DNA of 64,000 bases from Cladosporium halotolerans. Its lineage: Eukaryota. Under the pieces are notes generated by a model. That model did no database searches. It was given only the letters and a program-made list of their open reading frames with translations, and was not told where the DNA came from. Made by a program: the position numbers and the translations under genes. This document shows positions 58,424 to 64,000 of the stretch, piece after piece (position 1 is the stretch's first letter; each line of letters begins with the position of its first letter). The stretch lies in NCBI RefSeq assembly GCF_011745625.1, contig NW_027191473.1:186001-250000 (forward strand). Reading direction: 5' to 3'.

Positions 58424-59066
58424 CGTGGTGTTGGTAAATGGCAAGTCTGGAAAGTTGTTTTGTCAATGCGTTCTGTCAGCTCGCATTCGAGAAGAGACTG
58501 ACTGGCGCGGAAATGCAGCGGTGCTGGAAGGCCGATTTTGTGCTCCCAGCAGGGGGATGCACAAGGCGAGGCCTGGCAAGCACAATGCCTTTGTTCTGAA
58601 AAATAGCGAGCGGCATAGCTCCCGGGTTGGCGTTTGGATGAGCCATGGGTTTGGAGGTGTGGACTCCCGGGGAGATAGGGCTTACTTTTACCTTCATGGT
58701 AAAATGGACAGCCCAAAAGAGCTTAAGCAACGATCACACATTGCATGTTCAAGACAGCAAGTGACATGTCAAAGATGAGCCACAGCGCAGTATTGTTACG
58801 AAAGCTTGACCCTTTGGTTAGTTCCTTTGTACACGACGTGACATGGGACAACGTGCCTGAAAACAAAGGCCCAAGCTGACCAAGTACTCCAGTTTTCAGG
58901 AAGATATTTATGAGTTTGTGAGTGTCTTTGTTCTGCTTGCACAGTATGTGGGGCTCTGTGAATCTTACTTACTGTTCGGTCTGGGTATCGGACGTGTCAC
59001 GCTTGGGTTGAATGAATTTGTGTTGTTCAGATGAATATCGTTACGACGTTTTTGCCACCGTCAACC

Positions 59067-59611
59067 CTACTTGCCAGCCATCGCCGCAGTATCCTACCAA
59101 ATTGTTAGTATCCAATCTGCAACAGCCATTCTAGAATTTCACCACACTCACCAGGTAAACCTGGTAGAAGGTCATCCTTAAGCTACCGTTCTCAGAACCA
59201 AACTTCGCCCGAGCTGCCCATTCAACTCCCTTAGCTTTCTTGCCATCCTTGAGGTCGTAGTCCACCGTGCCATGCAGCATCACATCGTCGCCATGTTTGG
59301 TGAAAGAGTAGATCATTAAAGGCTTGTGTGAGCGCTTCGCCACCTTCTCCCACATGCCCTCGCGCATCTCAATGATCCCTGACGAGGTCAGTCAGCAGGA
59401 AACCAATGTAGCGTGAGATGTTACGAAACTCACCTTGACGACCCTTAGCGACCTTAGATGCCATGATCAGAGTTGCATCTCCAGTGAACTGGTCGGCATA
59501 AAGCTCGTGGCCTGTCGGGGTGTCGGAAATGGCGTAGAAGTTCTCAAAGAAGGAGGCGATGCCCGGCTTCAGGGTGCCGTCATCGGGCACGGAGGCAATG
59601 TATTGGCTCAT
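59067..59611 (-). CDS. SnoaL/NTF2-like fold protein, 3 exons
   Basis: FFENFYAISD..H..YADQFT.DATLIM, MREGMWEKVAKRSH, MLHGTVDY.LKDG, WAARA, FYQVYLDTAA. Introns 59433-59379 and 59151-59094. Confidence 0.85.
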
Positions 59612-60166
59612 TGTGTTGATAGATGTCAAAAGAGTAATTGTACTATGCGAAAGATTGTCTCTACCTACAAGAACTGTACTATAAAGGCCTTAAGATATTA
59701 TGTCATTTGGGTGTGATTGTTAGTCGGTCGGCTGTCGGCAAAGGGACGCGGAACCGGAAGCGGGACCCGAAAAGTCGGATCGATGATCCATGGAAGTCTC
59801 GATGGAGTTCAGTTTCTCGATCTCCATCCATCGATTTCTTTCACTTCTCGTGGGATACAATGGACTGCTTGTGTTTTGTTAGCACGATCGAAGTTAATGT
59901 TCGATGTTCCTCCGCAAAATCAGAATGCACGGAGCCGCTGTCAATCCTTGGCCTTGTAGGAAGTAGATTGCAGCCCTCAAGATGACACAACGCTAAGCAT
60001 GGGCTCGATGAAATAACCATAAGCGAGATGGACGAAATAAGCGAGTTACAGCACAGAGTCTCAAACAATTGAAGACTAAAGAATCCAATATGAAGCAGGA
60101 TCCCGGCTCAATCGTTCGTCCCCCAGATCGTCTTGTTCCCGTTGTTGCAACTCCATTTTTCCAAAG

Positions 60167-61558
60167 ATGTTGAAGATCAACAATTTAGCCATCCTTTCTT
60201 TCGCTGCCGGCAGCGCCATCGCCCAAAGTCAGACAGGTCTCAATGCTGCCGCCCAAGCCTACGGCAAGCTCTACTTCGGCTCGGCCACAGACAATGGCGA
60301 GCTCACCGATTCCGAGTACAAGGCCATTTTGTCCGACTCGAACGAGTTCGGCCAGATCACCCCAGGAAACTCGATGAAGTGGGACACTGTCGAGGCTTCT
60401 CGCGGTAACTTCGACTATACGAAGGGAGACGTGATTGCGGACCTTGCTGAAGCTAATGGGCAGAAGCTGAGGTGCCACACCCTGGTCTGGTACAACCAGC
60501 TTCCTCAGTGGGTCTCGAATGGCGGCTTCGACAACGCGACGTTGATCGAGATTCTTCAGAACCACATCACTGAAGAGGTCACTCACTACAAGGGCAAGTG
60601 CTACGCCTGGGACGTAGTCAATGAGGCCATCTCCGACGACAGCGGTGCCCCACTGCGTGACAATATCTTCCTCTCCACTATCGGTGAGGCTTACATCCCA
60701 ATTGCATTCGCTGCGGCCGCTGCTGCCGACCCTGATGCAAAGCTTTACTACAATGACTAGTCAGTATCGGCTCACAGATTCAGGCATCACGCATCCCTAC
60801 TGAGCTATCTCGGAGCGTCTTGCCCCTACTCATGCTAATCCACTCTAGCTCCATTGAGGCTCCCGGCGCAAAATCCACGGCCGCGCAGGACATCGTGAAG
60901 CTCGTCCAATCCTACGGCGTCAAGATTGACGGCATCGGCCTCCAAGACCACTTGATCGTGGGTTCTACGCCATCACTCGAAGATCAGGTCGCCAATATGC
61001 AGGCCTTCGTTGATCTGGGCGTCGAAGTGGCCATCACGGAGCTTGACATCCGCGCGGAGAACCCCGACGCCAATCAGTACCAGGAGCAGCAGGCTAAGGA
61101 CTACGCGGCTACTGTCGGAGCGTGCAACAAGGTCGAGGCCTGCGTTGGTGTTACGATCTGGGATTACACTGACAAGTATTCGTGGGTGCCTGGCGTTTTC
61201 CCTGGCACCGGTGGTGCTCTTCCGTAAGTTCAGCGTTTACCAAGAGAACATCTAGAACGGCTGCTGACTATTGTCCCATAGCTGGGACGAGAACCTCCAG
61301 AAGAAGCCGGCTTACGATGCCATACTGGAAGCCTATGGCGGCTCTTCGACTGGCCCCGGCAACCAAGCAACTTTCACTGTTTCTGACAATCTTACCGAAG
61401 CTACGAGAGCTAGCATGCCACTTAACTCTGGTGTCAGTGTCCCGCTCACCACGGGGGTCTCGAGCAAGTCTAGCGTGGCGGCCACATCGAGCGCGTCTGA
61501 AGTTACGCCTGAGGCCACGGCGGATGCGCAGTGTGAGGTCGAATATGTCTATGAGTGA
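60167..61558 (+). CDS. Secreted GH10 endo-1,4-beta-xylanase, 3 exons
   Basis: Signal peptide; [22 protein letters not shown] (acid/base Glu), LYYNDY, VAITELD (nucleophile Glu), TDKYSWVP. Introns 60760-60848 and 61224-61281. Confidence 0.95.
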
Positions 61559-62431
61559 GCCACGCGAAATTGTGACGGGTCAATGGGCAGTTGTAGAGTA
61601 GCACTGCAATGGAAGGAAAATATAAACCTAAAATATAAACCTACCATGAACAGAGAACAAGGTTCAATGTACATGATCGAAGGGCTCATTGGCTGATATA
61701 GTGTGTATGCTCATGGACTCTGATGGCGGAGATGTTGCAAACACCGTTCTCAGAAACGTTTGTAGCCAGGTTTGCGAAGCATCAAGACAGATTTGCTGTC
61801 TTTGTCACGAAATGCACTGTGGCAGTGAGAGAACCACAGAGTCACGTGAATAGCGGAGTCACATCACAACGCAGTCCACAGCTAGCGGCGGGCGAACCCG
61901 AGCCAATCAACGCTCACGACAATTTCGACAGACATTGCGACCCGTTATGTGTATGGTTGTTGCACCAAACTCCAGAAGCTCGCAAGCGCACATGCTCACC
62001 TCGTGCAGATGGTGTACCTAAGGTATCCTTGTATTATTTGCTGTAGACAATCGATCACGTGATGTGCGACATCCACCCGTCTCCAGCCCCAGATGGTCGA
62101 GACTTTCGCCGAGAAACAGGGCCGCGCTGCACAGCCACATGTTGACGTATCGTCGCCCCGCCATGTGGTGATGATGTCGGGCTCCTACCTAGCGACAAGG
62201 CCAGCACTCTGGGCCAAGGAGGCCACGCTTTTAGATACACCTACGCTTCATCAACGTTGTTCTACTACTTTCCGCCGCCCGAGGCTGTGTTGGTTGCCAC
62301 TATCTCCATTGATTTCATCGAACACGTGCGACTTGAGTTTATAAACAGGCCTGTCTCCTCACCGTCTGCCACGACTGCCAAACTATCGCGATCTCGACTC
62401 CGACCTCCCTCTTCCTCCCTGAGTCGTCAAG

Positions 62432-63979
62432 ATGTCTGGCCACGCCGATCCTAAGCTTCTCTACGCCATCAACGGCATCAAGGCCTACCACATTCAAGAT
62501 GGTCAAGAACAGAGCCTCACTCCTTCTGGCCCGCAGACGCTCAGCCTGCTCATGGTCCCAACCAACTCGCCCTACGCCGAACTTGGCTCTACCACGCCGC
62601 AAAACCAAATCGACGAAGATTTCTACCTTCACTTGAACCTCCCTCCCGAGCTCGACCTTCCTCTCCCCGCTACCACCCAGATCTACCACCAGCCGCCGAC
62701 CTCATACCTTATTCCCAGGTGGGATCTCGGCCCGGACTCCGGCGCCTTCACAAGGATAGAGTTCCCGCCTGTCGGCTACGATGTGAGCCAGGAAGATTTG
62801 GATACCTTCGAGACAATCCTCGCACAATGCACTGCCTTCCTCGAGCGCGCTCGCCCGCCTCTTCCATCCAGGCCTAGTCAGAAAGGCAACCTAACCGGCG
62901 ACCAAAAGTACAACCCGGCGGACTACGCTCCTGGCGGCAAGTATGCCACAGGCAATGAGAAGGGTGGACACGGCGAGATCGTCCTCATCGACGAGGACAA
63001 CGGCTCCGTCGTCGGTGAGCTCGGCGGCGATGCCCAAGTCTACGAAGACCCGAAGCTCAAAGTCGGCTCCAAGAATCCCGTCGAAGTCGAAGTCTCCGCC
63101 GACGGCAAGCGCGTCGACGTTCGTCCCATCTCGGAGGAGTACCTACGCATGGCTAAGCATCCGGCGTACAAAAGCTCCGGGTTGGTCCAGAACGCCGCAG
63201 CAGCGTCGCGCCTCATCGTTACCACCTCCAGCTACCTGGGCAACGCAATGAACTCCGGCGCGGAAAGCTTCACGCAGAAGACGAAGCCCGCCGGCAAGCC
63301 GATGGAGTTCAAGCCCGCGACGCACGACCGCGTGCGCAAGATCAACGCTTTCACGCAGAATGCCGCAGGCCTGTCGTCTAAGACCGTCGGCCAGCTGTCC
63401 AACTACGCGCAGAACTTCGCCGCCCACATGTCTGGGCACAAGAAGGATCGCGCGCACAAGGGCTTCGGTGTCAAGGGAAACCCGTTGCCGGCCGAAGAGT
63501 ACAAGCCTGGCTTGCTCAACCGCTCCATGATCGCCTTCTCGACCGTTGCGGACGGCATCGCGTACTCGGGCAAGAATCTGCTCACTTCGTCCGGCGGCGC
63601 GGCCAGCACCATGGTCGGCCACCGCTACGGCGATGAAGCGGGCTCGATTGCTGCTGAGCTCGCTGGTGGCGTGAAGAACGTTGGCCTCGTCTATATCGAC
63701 GTCGCAGGCGTATCTAGGCGCGCGGTCATCAAGAGCGTGGCAAAGGGAATGGTGGTCGGAAAGGTCAAGGGTGGCGGCGAGGTCGTTGTTGGCGGTGGCG
63801 ACGGTGGTGTCCTGCCTGAGGAGGACAAGAAGAAATTCGAGGCGCAACAGCAGCAGCAGCAGCAAGGATCGAGCAGTGGCAGCGCTGGTGGAGCCTATGG
63901 GCCTACTTCTGGTGGGTACAACCCTCCGGGCTATGGCGAGGCTGCGCCGCCGTATCAGGAGTACGGGCAGAAGAGATGA
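62432..63979 (+). CDS. Spartin-like senescence-domain protein
   Basis: 515-aa ORF with SGPQTLSLLMVPT, YLIPRWD and DTFETILAQCTAF in the N-terminal part. The C-terminal region is senescence-like (AFSTVADGI, HRYG.EAG, NVGLVYID..GVSRRAVIK). Confidence 0.8.
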   Translation: MSGHADPKLLYAINGIKAYHIQDGQEQSLTPSGPQTLSLLMVPTNSPYAELGSTTPQNQIDEDFYLHLNLPPELDLPLPATTQIYHQPPTSYLIPRWDLGPDSGAFTRIEFPPVGYDVSQEDLDTFETILAQCTAFLERARPPLPSRPSQKGNLTGDQKYNPADYAPGGKYATGNEKGGHGEIVLIDEDNGSVVGELGGDAQVYEDPKLKVGSKNPVEVEVSADGKRVDVRPISEEYLRMAKHPAYKSSGLVQNAAAASRLIVTTSSYLGNAMNSGAESFTQKTKPAGKPMEFKPATHDRVRKINAFTQNAAGLSSKTVGQLSNYAQNFAAHMSGHKKDRAHKGFGVKGNPLPAEEYKPGLLNRSMIAFSTVADGIAYSGKNLLTSSGGAASTMVGHRYGDEAGSIAAELAGGVKNVGLVYIDVAGVSRRAVIKSVAKGMVVGKVKGGGEVVVGGGDGGVLPEEDKKKFEAQQQQQQQGSSSGSAGGAYGPTSGGYNPPGYGEAAPPYQEYGQKR

Positions 63980-64000
63980 GGAATCACGGTTTGAATGCAT

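Noticed and set aside
60758..60760. Premature TAG in the xylanase
   Set aside because: It overlaps the GT donor at 60760. Splicing restores NDYSIE.
48912..61558. Functional cluster of DNA-repair (photolyase, KU80) or plant-wall (gaaA/C, xylanase) genes
   Set aside because: The genes are interspersed with unrelated ones. Only gaaA-gaaC linkage is established.
61617..61642. 13-bp tandem duplication AAAATATAAACCT
   Set aside because: Ordinary slippage duplication in a 3'UTR.

Overview
Gene-dense eukaryotic DNA from a filamentous ascomycete (short GT-AG introns with CTRAC branch points and a dispersed single 5S rRNA gene). The protein style suggests Pezizomycotina, probably Dothideomycetes, which is an inference. 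About 29 protein-coding genes can be reconstructed by hand across introns. Recognisable genes: kynurenine aminotransferase, EFR3, RPS3, a TBC Rab-GAP, a ferric reductase-like protein, DFG10, SPP1, the PP2A A subunit, FRS1, ERG24, a sugar porter, an AIM18-like protein, the ADP/ATP carrier, a (6-4) photolyase/cryptochrome, the divergent galacturonate pair gaaA-gaaC, KU80, a GH10 xylanase and a spartin-like protein. No transposon, CRISPR array or secondary-metabolite cluster was seen. The most unusual signals are: (1) a ~475-nt 5'UTR intron of RPS3 whose ends are joined by a long inverted repeat enclosing ~300 nt; (2) an orphan cluster of six AGCTAGC motifs at 8.2-9.0 kb, with three 31-bp repeats at 88-89 bp period and three AGCTAGC-N16-CCAATCAG elements; (3) an unknown gene at 40.5-41.7 kb broken by a 1-nt frameshift that an alternative AAG splice acceptor could bypass; (4) an orphan protein with a 76-aa tandem duplication. 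All calls come from manual reading and recalled family motifs; no database search was run.
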